DNA from: Mytilus edulis
Lineage: Eukaryota
DNA: 64,000 nt
Assembly: GCF_963676685.1 (NCBI RefSeq)
Contig: NC_092349.1
Location: 82,956,001 to 83,020,000 of the forward strand
Direction of reading: 5' to 3'
The notes below the pieces were generated by a model, which was given only the letters and a program-made list of their open reading frames with translations, did no database searches and was not told the origin of the DNA. Position numbers and translations under genes: made by a program. This document shows, in pieces, positions 1-12,460 of this stretch (its first letter is position 1; each line of letters starts with the position of its first letter).

Positions 1-481
1 GTGTATGTAAAATTCCTTAAAACCTTGGAGTCATGTTTCCATGAAAAACCAGATGCTCCGCAGGGTGCAGCTTTATACGACCGCAGAAGTTGAACCCTGA
101 ACGGTTGGGGCAAGTATGGACACAACATTCAAGCTGGATTCAGCTCTAAATTTGGATTGTGATTAAATAGTTGACACAGCATAGGTTTCTGACACAGAAT
201 GAATGTGGTCTAATGAACTTAAAAAGTAAAATATTTTTTTGCCTTTGAGCATTTCACTTTGCTGTTGAATATTAATCCTCTCAAAAAAATGTTTGAAGAA
301 ATTTTCTTTTTATTTATGATATCTGAGATGAGAAAAAATTTACCCCCCCCCTTTTTTTTCACATCCCCCTTTCCCTTTTTCCAAAACTAATCTCAATTCA
401 AATTTCTAATGGAGTTTGCAACAATAACAACTCATTTAAATACATCATAAAATATTAAAATGTAAAATAAAGTGCTTGTTA

Positions 482-2039
482 GGCCAACTAAAATTAATTA
501 GTAGATTTTCATCCAAATTTTTGAAAAAAATGGGGCGGGTGGGAGGATTTTATTTTTTAAATTTTATTTCATATGAAACCTTCTGGTCACGTGTTATTCA
601 TATATGCAAGTGTAATAATAAGCTTATATCATGCAAATACATCCATAAGGTGTCTTGTATAAGACAATAACAATCAAAACCAAGAAGTAACCAAAGACTC
701 ATAAAACCAAAAGACATTTACATCAACAGTTACAAATAATAAGTAGGAAACAACACGAACTCCACTAAAAACCAGGAGTGAAATCAGGTGCTCCGGAAGG
801 GTAAGCATTTCCTGCACCGTATACGGCACCCGTCATGTTATTTCTTTGTTCAGTTTGGTAATGATGGAAGGTTATTATGACTGAGGAAGAATATCACTGA
901 GATATGATTTCTGACACACTTTTGTCATAATGGCCAATCAGCTCATGATGGCGACCATAAAATTGCTTGAGTGATGACCTTAATTTGATTGATTCATAGC
1001 CCTGTCTTAGCAACTTTTGAGAAAGCAGTATTCCTCGTTCAACAAAATCAACGTACTTTGAGCTAGCTCTAGAGTAAAGTATCAATTGAGACACATATAC
1101 TCCATATGCTGGTGCCGCTTTTTCAAATTCGTAAATATATATCTCTGATTGGCAATCACTGTTATTCATGTAATTGCCGCTTTAGAAACCTATTTTATAG
1201 TAAACAGCAGAAATGTGGAGAATGCTCTCTTCAGTTGGACTACCTACATCAAATGTATTATGCTTTCTAAGCAATGTTTTGTTGTCCTAATAAAATGAAG
1301 CTAATGCATTGGTATGCAACACGAGTACGATAAGTACAGATTAAAATGAAAACTCAAACAGTGTTTAAATAATAGGGTTGGTCCTTAGTATGCAAGATGC
1401 AAATATAATTACAATGTAAAACATAAAGTTGTTTAATGACTCTATCGTGGGTATTGTGACAGAGAATGTTTGCTGTTTTTCTACAAAAAACGAAAGGCAT
1501 GGCTAAATCTAAGAGCTTGCTATAAATTAATAAATGCGTATGTTTGTCGATTTTCTGAACTCAATATACGGTCACCAATCTAAAAAGTTCATGCTTGTGT
1601 CAATTTTTTTATTCCAGTCAAATGTGTTCCACGATTCTTACGCTTTTGGGTTTCATTCACAGTTCAAATTTCTTGACACAAAGTCATTGTATAAATAAAT
1701 AAAATAAATCCAAGGTGTTTTATTCACAAACATTTGTGTCATGTTGCGTTCTTGGACACACAGCGTATTATTACTCGTAACCCGAATATTTCATGCCCTT
1801 CTCGTAATCAATCTCTATTCTCGGTAAATGATGTTGTCATCATAGATCAGAATATATCGACTTAATGATTTCAGTTAGAATACTCTGAGAAATTTGAAAC
1901 AGGAAGTTTTACATGAAGCGAAATTATCGACGGTTACCGGTAACGGAAATGAATAAAATCCGGAAATCATAATTTTTTCAAAAATAAAAAAAATCAGGGC
2001 GGGCGGGGATGAAAATCTATCAATTAATTTTAATTGGCC
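482..2039. mobile_element. PIF/Harbinger-like non-autonomous DNA transposon
   Basis: ~33-bp TIRs ggccaactaaaattaattagtagattttcatcc / ggatgaaaatctatcaattaattttaattggcc; TTA target duplication at 479-481 and 2040-2042. Confidence 0.8.
666..1119 (-). mobile_element. Penelope-like retroelement 3' fragment (RT C-terminal/thumb region plus 3' UTR)
   Basis: ORF 894-1169 contains APAYGVYVSQLILYSRASS...LLSQKLLRQGY..KLRSSLKQFYGRHHEL, typical of PLE RT C-termini; followed by the tgcttacccttccggagcacctg motif also seen near 55710. Confidence 0.7.
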
Positions 2040-2619
2040 TTATCACTGAATGGTAAAGATTGTTTTAATTTATCAATTGGTAGTAAAAGTGAATATACAT
2101 TGTATTTTGTATAAAACAATGACTAAAGTTGATTCAACTACTATTCTGGACAAAGAAAGATAACTCCAATTGAAAATTTCTTGCTATTGCACAATATTGT
2201 GCAATTAGATATTTCTTACTATTGCGCAATACTGTGCAATTGAAAATATTTGCTATTGCACAATACTGTGCAATTGAAGATTTCTTGCTATTGCGCAATA
2301 GCAAATTTCTTGCTATTGCACAATACTGTGCAATTGAAGATTTCTTGCTATTGCTGAATACTGTGCAATTGAAAATTTCTTGCTATTGCACAATCTTAAT
2401 ATAATAATTTTGGATCCTGATTTGAACCAACTTGAAAACTGGGCCCATAATCAAAATCTAAGTACATGTTTAGATTCAGCATATCAAAAAAGCCCAAGAA
2501 TTCAGTTTTTGTTAAAATCAAACTTAGTTTAATTTTGGATCCTTTGGACTTTAATGTAGACCAATTTGAAAACGGGACCAAAAATTAAGAATCTACATAC
2601 ACAGTTAGATTTGGCATAT

Positions 2620-4634
2620 GGACCATAATTTGCTTTTCGGCTCGTTTCCTATAACTATAGAAAAGTGATAAAAATGTGTATTACTGTAAGAAAAGTTGTA
2701 ACTACATCTAAAGATGCCTTTATTTTTATCAACATACAAGTGTATGCTACTCTTCCCTAGAAAAAAATTGAAATTAACAAATTTTAAAGATTATAAATAC
2801 GACCGTATTTTTGTGTCGTTTCTCGCGTTACTTTTCGCTTCCGAAGTGCATAACGCCGACTGATTTATAGATAATCGTCACCGGCAAATTCGTAACTTTT
2901 GCTTTCAAATAATAAAGAACATCGACCAATAAGAATAGTCCGAAGAAAATGCCGAGAACTATAAGTATTTCTGTAGCAGGTGTAAGAACACTAGCGTTAC
3001 TTTGGTTTCCAATTTCGTAACGCAAATTTTAGATGATGTAATCTGCTTTGTTGTAATAGAATTCTTTATAACAATATACAAATATGAACTCTCGCGAGAT
3101 GTTCAAACAGGTAAATCAGAGATGATTTACATTCTAGTTTTGTTCTTTGTAATAATTAAGTTAGAAAATGACGTTATCGTTATGCATTACATTTCAAACG
3201 AAACAGATGTCCAGTTATTTCCTTTTTTTTTATTAAAATTGTTTTTGTCGTTAAGTTCTAATCATTTCCGGTCATATGTGAAACATGTGACTAACATGTG
3301 ATCACGCCCTTACAGCCGGATGTATGAAATACTAGGTATAAACATTGTTTTTGTTTCCAACGGGATGTTAGCAAACATAATCTGTAGACTTGTTTCGTCT
3401 TGTTTAAAAAAGGAAAATACAATTTTCAAAGAGATTGCGCGGGGGGGTCTATTATTTTTCCTTTGTGCATAATGTTACATACGATCTTGTGTGAAAATAA
3501 ATGCCCAATGACTTGACAAATCGATTTCAGATTTGACAGACGTTATAACACACTTTGTTTCCTGATAACGATGTAAAGGGTCCTTGGAAAATTCAATAGA
3601 CATTACGTCTCTTATCATTGTGCCGATGCTCATTCGATTGATTTTGCTTCAGCAGTAAATATTATTGGACATTTTAGGTGAATAAAGATAATTTAATAAA
3701 AAATACATGTTAATATACCGTTACACTTGGAATGTACAAAGTTGGTATCTTTGTCACAATTTTTAATTATTTTTTTTTTATTCTATTCTGCAAAAACTTT
3801 TCAGAAACGCAATAAACTTGTCACAGGAGAAGTAAACTTTTACCATGCATGACTTGAAAGGAAGTACTTTATTGATTTTAGCCCACTAAAGTAGGTTAAA
3901 ATGTGGAAACCATGTAGATGGTGTACAGGTCACAAATATCACATGGTGCCTATTTTAAAGATTTTAATTCCAAGTTAAAAGTTTTTTTCTTTACTGGATT
4001 TAAAGAATTTTACATTGCCAATGATTTGGAATAAATTGTATATAACTGGAATTTCAAAACCAAATATAATTACATTTTTTTGGCTAAAACATCAAGATAC
4101 AACGATTATGGTATCCTGTATCAATGAAGAAAATATGGAAATTTCTGAATAAATTGTACTAATTGTTTTCAAAACAAGCACATATTTAGTAGTTTTATAA
4201 TACTGTTACATTTAAGATGGATTTTAAGAAAAAGTATACTGTTCAGATTATTTTAAGCAGATTTGGCAATAAAATAAAACTAAAAAAATGCTTTCGGTTT
4301 CTTATGGTTTCCTGTCGCGTTTAAAAAAAACTTTAATTTAACATTGAAAATAGATTTTAAATATTAACATGAAGCAAGTAACACTAGTAATGGTGTTCAT
4401 TTATGTCTTTTGAAATATATTGTGCAAAATAAAGAAAATAAAGATTGGTTTCCTGTTTGGTTTCCTGTCACGTAAACGGTGAATCAAAATGTATTATTTT
4501 TTTCTTGAAAAACTCAATTGTTCCATTAATACTATTCTAACACCAACACAACCCACAGAATAAAAGTTAAAGTTTTAGAACTTATAAAAAAGGATACAAA
4601 AAGAAACCAAAGGCCGAATACCAAATTATGGTCC
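2620..4634. mobile_element. Non-autonomous TIR DNA transposon with 4-bp TSD (possibly Sola-like)
   Basis: TIRs ggaccataatttgcttttcggc / gccgaataccaaattatggtcc; ATAT duplicated at 2616-2619 and 4635-4638; host repeat ggcatat|caaagaacccc is restored on removal. Superfamily is inferred only from the AWWT TSD. Confidence 0.75.
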
Positions 4635-5907
4635 ATATCAAAGAACCCCAATTATTCAATTTTTGATGAAATCTAACAAAGTTTAATTTTGGACCCCAAT
4701 TTGGACCAACTTGAAAACTGGGCCAATAATCAAAAATCTAAGTACATTTTTAGATTCAGCATATCAAAGAACCCCAAGGATTCAATTTTTGTTAAAATCA
4801 AACTAAGTTTAATTTTGGACTCTTTGGACCTTAATGTAGACCAATTTGAAAACGGGACCAAAAATTAAGAATCTACATACACAGTTAGATTCAGCATATC
4901 AAAGAACCCCAATTATTAAATTTTTGATGAAATCAAACAAAGTTCAATTTTGGACCCTTTGGGCCCCTTTTTCTAAACTGTTGGGACCAAAATTCCCAAA
5001 ATCAAACCCAACCTTCCTTTTATGGTCATAAAACTTGTGTTTAAATTTCATAGATTTCTATTTACTTATACTAAAGTAATGGTGCGAAAACCAAGAATTA
5101 TGCTTATTTTAGGCCCCTTTTTGGCCCCTAATTCCTAAACTGATGGGACCTCAACTCCCAAAATCAATCCCAACCTTCCTTTTGTGGTCATAAACCTTGT
5201 GTTTAAATTTCATAGATTTCTATTTACTTATACTAAAGTTATTGTGCGAAAACCAAGAATAATGCTTATTTGGGCCCTTTTTTGGCCCCTAATTCCTAAA
5301 CTGTTAGAACCAAAACTCCCAAAATCAATCCCAACCTTCCTTTTGTGGTCATACACCTTGTGTCAAAATTTCATAGATTTCTATTTACTTAAACTAAAGT
5401 TATAGTGCGAAAACCAAGAAAATGCTTATTTGGGCCCTTTTTGGCCCCTAATTCCTAAAATGCTGGAACCGAAACTCCCAAAATCAATCCCAACCTTCCT
5501 TTTGTGGTCATAAACCTTGTGTTAAAATTTCATAGATTTCTATTCACTTTTACTAAAGTTAGAGTGCCAAAACTCTAAGAATTCGGACGATGACGACGAC
5601 GACGACGCCAACGTGATACCAATATACGACCAAAAAATTTTCAATTTTTGCGGTCGTATAAAAATGTTCCAATCTATAAAATTTGAAACTCCAAATGAAT
5701 TTAAAATAACTCTCTCAATTTGGTTTCATGGAATGAAATTAATAACAAATAAACCAGACATAATCTTACGGAAAAGCAAAATAGAATAGAAACTGAGATC
5801 AGTTGAGGTTTGAAATTCAAAATAAAATATCACTATTTCATGTATAATTTCCTCCCTGTAAAACCAAAGAGTGCTGTCCTTAGCCTCCTGTCCCAGAGTG
5901 TCCCTAC

Positions 5908-6015
5908 CTTTATATCTGCTTGCCACATTCTTTTATCATATGATATTGAGGCATTAAATTTCTCCATGATAGGATCAGTGGCTCCAGTAAACCTGCCACC
6001 CCATAACTTGTTACC
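5908..6015 (-). CDS. ASL: Argininosuccinate lyase, second coding exon
   Basis: Hand translation [36 protein letters not shown] matches the ASL N-terminal signature (KLWGGRF...[10 protein letters not shown]); flanked by tttccAG and GTaggg; 108 nt, phase 0/0. Confidence 0.93.
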
Positions 6016-6419
6016 CTGGAAACAAAATAATACATTGTATAAACAACAGTTCTATCTGCACTTTTTCTCTCTCTCACTTGTCTAAATTATCATCACCATA
6101 AAAATGCTGAATAAGTGTAATTTGATATTCTTTTTATCTTTATTAGGTATTAAATCAATTTGCATACACTTCAAATTTTATATTTTTTATTTTACCAAGG
6201 ACTCTTATATTTACAGGTTTCTATTTTGAAACTTTAAACAATTTTGAAAGTGAAATGAGGCAATATTTAAAATTCAAAGTTCCCGGGATATCTAATGTAC
6301 TTTAGATATTTTCAAGTTCTATATTTCATTACCTCATAACATTAGGAATTAAAAGCTTTCTACATGTGTTTTCCCCCTTTTACATAATACAATTTATTGT
6401 ACATGTATGAATAACATAC

Positions 6420-6443
6420 CTCTGTCATTGTTTTGTCTGCCAT
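6420..6443 (-). CDS. ASL: Argininosuccinate lyase, first coding exon (MADKTMTE); exon begins at 6472
   Basis: ATG at 6443-6441, donor GAG|GTATGT, upstream acceptor ttttcAG at 6474-6473; splices in frame to the 5908-6015 exon. Confidence 0.8.
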
Positions 6444-8738
6444 AGCTTCACAACAGTCTCAAATCACAATTGCTGAAAATATTTGTTTTAGCTATTATAT
6501 ACTATACATTTTATGATATAATATATACATGTACTATCATTTAATTTCACATAAATGTCCAACTTATGCTTTTTCATTATAGTCTTAACTTTATGACAGT
6601 TAAAACAGTGTTAGCTTATCAAATTAAAAGATATCTAAGGGGACGACCATTTGATATTCTGGGGGGGAGGGGGGAGGAGGATTTTGAAAAATAAATAACT
6701 CAGCCTTGATAATCACAAAAATAAATGTTTTGTTCTGTGGTAGTTTGAAAATAAATTACCTGACTTGCAATGTATTGAAAATAAATAACTCAGCAGGTCT
6801 AATCAAAAGTATAAGATGGCACCAGATTCTTCATAAATTCATCTTTTTTCCCAAAACAAATCGGGAAACACTTCCCAATTTTTTTAATAACAAAAGTATA
6901 AATATTATTTAAATATACTTGAATTGTCTGAAAATTAGTTTCATTTAATTTGAGGTATATTGTCTCAGGAAACCTTACCTCACTTTTATTTTAACAGGGC
7001 CGTAACTACATTGAGGCAAATGCCTCATGTAGGAAATTTCAAAACCAAACGCTTGTCTCTATATTAAATTGTGTTCACGGCGAGTGCCTGGCAAGAAGCA
7101 AGTTCTGTTTAACCTCAGAGGTAGCACTGATTTTTTTGGATCAATGCTTCTTATTTATTTGTCTTTTGTTCATTGATTGCCCTTCTGTATATATTCTGTT
7201 AGTGTTGCATTCCTTTTGTAATCTAGTAATTTTGTTATGAACTTGATTATGAGTTTTAAAAAAACCAGCAGCCACAGACTTAACTATGTGAATTCCATTT
7301 TTGTTATATCATGCACATTGGTCTTTTGATGTTGTCCCTAGAAACTTAAGTCTTACACTGAATTTATACATTTTGCTTTGAGACCAAAATATTGTCAAAA
7401 TTATTAAAACAAAACTTGCATTTTCAGATTAAGAAAGGGTCTTCGGAACACCCAGAAAGCATGATTTTGCATCATTTGTTCATAATAGCTTCTAAGATTA
7501 ATTTCTGCAGAGGATGATGATTAATTCTCATTAAATGGTACATAATGACTTGACTATACATGTATTATTTATATTAAACAAATCATTTAAAAATTGTATG
7601 TTTTCGAATATCATAAAATATATAGTTGTGAAAATGAATAACCAGTCCCTTGCTTAAATGAAAATGAAAAATCTTGCTTCAATAGTGAAATTACACTGCT
7701 GAAAAATTTGGGTCATGAGTTTTAAAGTAAAGTAGTGATTTGTTCCAGCTGAAAAAGGTTACAAACTAGTACTTGTCATGAGCTGTCAAAAGGATTAACA
7801 TAAAATTGTCCATATGCTTTGAGTTAGAGCTGATGAAGTTTTCTATATTTTTTTATATAATTTGTACCAAAAGTAGTACACCACACTATAAAAAATATTA
7901 TCATGGTTATTGAGAAAGAACAGGTGAGATTTTTAAATTTTTGTTTTATGTCTATTAAAAAGTGAAAGTGGAACAGGATGGAAATTGAAATTTTCAAGTG
8001 CGAGCCATAGTGACCTACGATCGAGCAAGGATTTGTATTTTTACTATACAAATCCTTGGATCGAGTAAAAATGTGCTCTTATTTAATGGGATTTATGGTG
8101 CTGGGACCCTGCGAATGCCCATCCAAGTTAAATCTACATTTATTTATAACCTACATGTATTTCCAATGCTCTGTCTTTTCCCGCAAAATTTTTATAGAGT
8201 TATTGTTCTTTCTCAGGGGACGCAATCAATAATCAGATATATACAATTTATGTCCTACAGGCCCCGGTTTTGTGTTATTAAGGTCTTCAAAATATTCCTA
8301 CTGCAGTAAAGGCGATCTTTAGATCTATTAAAAACCACTAATGGATATAAACATATAAACATGTAAACTCAACTTATACAAAGTAGCAATATAATACCAA
8401 CATAAACAAAACACATGCAATACACCTGAGTGAAAACCAAAGCAGCACATCATGATATACATAAATACAATACATACAAAAAGAAAATTTTCAAAAAAAC
8501 TAAGCTCGTACAAGAACTATAGCAATGACTTGATTTGGCATTGCAAGCAAGTGAGGCTTCAATACAAAGCAGTCAAATGAGCCAAAGGTAATGCCGCAGT
8601 AAGCAACTCAGTCAGAAAAAAAAACTTGAGTATTGCCGGAGTATAATTACAAGGATTTGTATATTAAGAACTTAGTATGACTATATAAATACTTGATTAT
8701 TATAAATCTTAAAAAGCTAAACATTGCTAAAAAGAACA

Positions 8739-9031
8739 TTTTTCTGCCCCACCTACGATAGTAGAGGGGCATTATGTTTTCTGGTCTGTGCGTCCGTTCG
8801 TCTGTCTGTTCGTTCGTCCGTCTGTCCCGCTTCAGGTTAAAGTTTTTGGTCAAGGTAGTTTTTGATGAAGTTGAAGTCCAATCAACTTGAAACTTAGTAC
8901 ACATGTTCCCTATGATATTATCTTTCTAATTTTAATGCCTAATTATATTTTTTATCCAATTTCATGGTCCATTGAACATGGAAAATGATAGTGCGAGTGG
9001 GGCATCCGTGTACTTTGGACACAATCTTGTT
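8739..9031 (+). mobile_element. Helentron/HINE (pearl-like) non-autonomous element, family 2
   Basis: Terminal hairpin gccccacctacgatagtagaggggc, (cgtc/cgtt)n microsatellite, core repeat, terminal ggggcatccgtgtact..ggacac stem-loop; homologous copies at 9288, 25717, 32516. Confidence 0.75.
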
Positions 9032-9082
9032 TATATTATTATTCTGTAATTATGTTGATCGAGCCCTAAACCTAACCCTAAC

Positions 9083-9233
9083 CAGGCTCGGATCCAGAGG
9101 GGGGTTTCCGGGGGTTGGAACCCCCCTTTTTTTGGACGATCAATGCATTTGAATGGGGACATGTAATTGGAACCCCCCCTTTGTCCTGGGTTAGGAACCC
9201 CCCCCCTTTTTAAAATGGCTGGATCCGCCCCTG
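9083..9233. mobile_element. MITE with 5-bp TSD (hAT-like CAGG ends)
   Basis: TIRs caggctcggatccag / ctggatccgcccctg; ctaac duplicated at 9078-9082 and 9234-9238. Confidence 0.7.
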
Positions 9234-9287
9234 CTAACGTACACTAAACATAAACGTAACCCTAACAAATAATAAAATATTATTAAA

Positions 9288-9919
9288 AACAAGAATGTGT
9301 CCAAAGTACACGGATGCCCCACTCGCACTATCCTTTTCCATGTTCCATGGACCGTGAAATTGGGTAATAATCTAATTTGGTATTAAAATTAGAAAGATTA
9401 TACTATAGGGAACATATGTACTAAGTTTCAAGTTGATTGGACTTCAATCAAAAACTACCTCGACCAAAAACTTTAACCTGAAACTCCCACTTTCATTTTC
9501 TATGTTTAGTGGACCGTGAAATTTGGGTCAAAAGTCTAATTTGGCTTCAAAATTAAAAAGATTATATCATAAGCAACAAGTTTACTAAGTTTCAAGTTGA
9601 TTGGACTTCAGCTTCACCAAAAACTACCTTGACCAAAAACTTTAGCCTGAAACTCCCACTTTCATTTTCTATGTTCAGTGGACCGTGAAATTGGGGTCAA
9701 AAGTCTAATTTGGCTTTAAAATTAGAAAGATCATATCATAAGCAACAAATCTACTAAGTTTCAAGTTGATTGGACTTCAGCTTCATCAAAAACTACCTTG
9801 ACCAAAAATTTTAACCTGAACGGACGGACGCACGGACGGACGCACGGACGGACGCACAGACGAACGGAGCCACAGACCAGAAAACATAATGCCCCTCTAC
9901 TATCGTAGGTGGGGCATAA
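9288..9919 (-). mobile_element. Helentron/HINE element family 2, copy with three core repeats
   Basis: Reverse-complement homolog of 8739-9031 with ~160-bp core repeated about three times and an (acgg)n microsatellite. Confidence 0.75.
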
Positions 9920-10941
9920 TAAGCCACTTAAAAACTCACGGTTTAAGTCAATGACTTGATTAACAGGCAGCCGGTGAAGAAACTCATTGCCATGCATGCT
10001 ACCAAATATTTGTGTATATACATGTCGATTTTCAGGGGGAAAACACGAAGTAGACATACAGTTTTGAAATGACTAAAACAGAAAAAGCTAACAGTCATCT
10101 TGCCTCATTTGGTCAGGAGTTCCATTTTCTCTCTCTCATGCTATAAGTTCTTTTGCTGTACCTAAGAATGTTTCAACATTGTCTCTGGCACAACATTGAC
10201 GCAGCAAAGGTATTCAAATAAAGAATTTCTCATTGTGGAAGAAATCATTGAACTTGTCGAATTTTCCTAGAAAACACATATGTGCATGTGTCTGTCTTCA
10301 TAAATCGGGAAATGTTACACTAAAGTTTAACTTTCAACCACAAAAATTATTATAATCAGATTCGGTCAAAAGTTTTACCACTACTATAGTATAAGGTATA
10401 TATTCTATTTCGTGTAGGTATAATGGGACAAACTCATCTTGTTTAGAAATGGAAATGCAAAAACGAAGTTTACTTCGGGAACACAGAAAAAACTAAATAT
10501 GTAAATTTTGAATATAAATTTAAATCCAAGTTTAACGCTACATACCGTTACATTTATATACCTACACATCTATGATACAATAATATACAATAACCTATAC
10601 ATACCCTTAACAGTCACCGTGAAGGTATCCGTTCAATATATTATTTCTGGCATCAAACGAGATCAATACTCTTTGGCAGTTTTATTGGAGTGTTTGTTTG
10701 CATCAGTCCAATAAAATACCCATAGATTTTCTGATATTGGATTTAACATATGGTCTCCACGTTAAACTAATACTTTAAGACAAACATGCCGCGACAAAAG
10801 TGTTTGCAATAGGGTTTGGTATTCCGTCCTCTCTTAATTCCCCCCCCCCCCCTCAGTTTTGCAAACATCAATGTCATGACATGTGTTATTGTGTAGCGCT
10901 GCTGTTGATAATGCTTTGTATATCAGTGCAACTTAACCTTT

Positions 10942-11265
10942 GACTAATTTATGGTTCAGGAGACGGCATAATTAACGTGACAAGAACGACTAATTTATGG
11001 TTCAGGAGACGGCATAATTAACGTGACAAGAACGACTAATTTATGGTTCAGGAGACGGCATAATTAACGTGACAAGAACGACTAATTTATGGTTCAGGAG
11101 ACGGCATAATTAACGTGACAAGAACGACTAATTTATGGTTCAGGAGACGGCATAATTAACGTGACAAGAACGACTAATTTATGGTTCAGGAGACGGCATA
11201 ATTAACGTGACAAGAACGACTAATTTATGGTTCAGGAGACGGCATAATTAACGTGACAAGAACGA
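10942..11265. repeat. 46-bp minisatellite, 7 identical copies
   Basis: Unit gactaatttatggttcaggagacggcataattaacgtgacaagaac at 10942, 10988, 11034, 11080, 11126, 11172, 11218. Confidence 0.95.
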
Positions 11266-12460
11266 GTTAAATTAGTTTTATTAAAATGATTCTGAAAATG
11301 TTTGCCTTTTTTTCTTCTTCGAATATTGTTGGATACAATTTAAATTAGATGTAATCTAAGAATGCGGTTTATTACTTATGGCGTCAAACGGAGAAAGGAC
11401 ATGTGAAGTTTGCCCCCTGAATGTTTTCACACCAGAGCCATTTATTATTTAAAACAGAGAAAACTCACAGAATCACGAATGCCCTTAAATACTTTGAGAT
11501 CCTAAAACTGTAACCAAAATTTATATGCCATATCACAATCATGAATGAATGAAGATTCCAACTGCAAAGGTCTGCAAAAAGGTGTAACGCTAAAAAGATG
11601 GCAGTCATATATCATAGATTAGTATTTCAATTTATTTATGCAATTCCTGATCTTTATTTTTGACACTGAAGCTTGGAAATGTGATGAAAGAGGAAACTTT
11701 AATATTCTACTCGATTTTCTGCCTGAAAGAGAAGACATTAACTTGAGTTTTTGTAATTTAAAACAACTTTGTATTAAAACGTATAAAACTGGCAATGATG
11801 TTTTAATATTGTCTACAATTGCCATGTGAAGTGCTGCATAGCATTTTTCTATTGTCTGAGATTTATCTTAACATGTTGATTATCCTTTTTTTTTCTTCAT
11901 TAGATTCAGCTTCAAATGATGAAATAAAGGTTAATGGAGTTGTCAGTTTATTTTCATTCTATGAGTTTGACTGTCCGTCAGGTAGCTTTCGCCCCTCTCT
12001 TTAGGTATTAAAGAGTATTTTAAGTTTGAAACATATATTGGCGCTTCGAACATGAAACATCCCCTTCCCTGTTGTTTCTTTGAAACGTCTTTATTATTTC
12101 AGCTTATTTCCATGTATTCAAAATGGGATGATTCAAAATGCCAACACAATCCTAAAATCTTATAAACTTCTTAGCATATGGTAAAAGTGTTTATAAGTTT
12201 AACAGTATTTGGTAAGGTCGATGCAAAGTTTGATAAGCAAAATTTAACATAAGTAATATTTCACTTGCACAACTGATGTTTGCTAAATTGAAATATAGTT
12301 GACATTTATCTATAGTAATTGAGAAAATAATAAAATCATGAAAATGTAATATTTAGTTTTATAAGTTACTTAATCATGAATGTGATGCCAAGGGCAACTT
12401 GCAGTTACGTACGGACCGCTCAAAGTGTTGCCGATCACTATGAATAAGGATTCTTAACGT

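Larger units (their letters stand above)
46..5664 (-). mobile_element. Non-autonomous Helentron/HINE-like element, interrupted by nested insertions, in an ASL intron
   Basis: Subterminal inverted repeats tttatacgaccgca (72-85) / tgcggtcgtataaa (5649-5662), terminal palindrome 5623-5660, (GAC)n microsatellite ~5586-5607, internal tandem repeats (~35-bp units 2170-2395; ~160-bp units ~4990-5575). Host sequence rejoins cleanly across the two nested insertions. Confidence 0.75.

Noticed and set aside
10605-10790. Extra coding exon upstream of ASL
   Set aside because: The ATG-initiated minus-strand frames I checked stop before the candidate donor; at most a non-coding exon.
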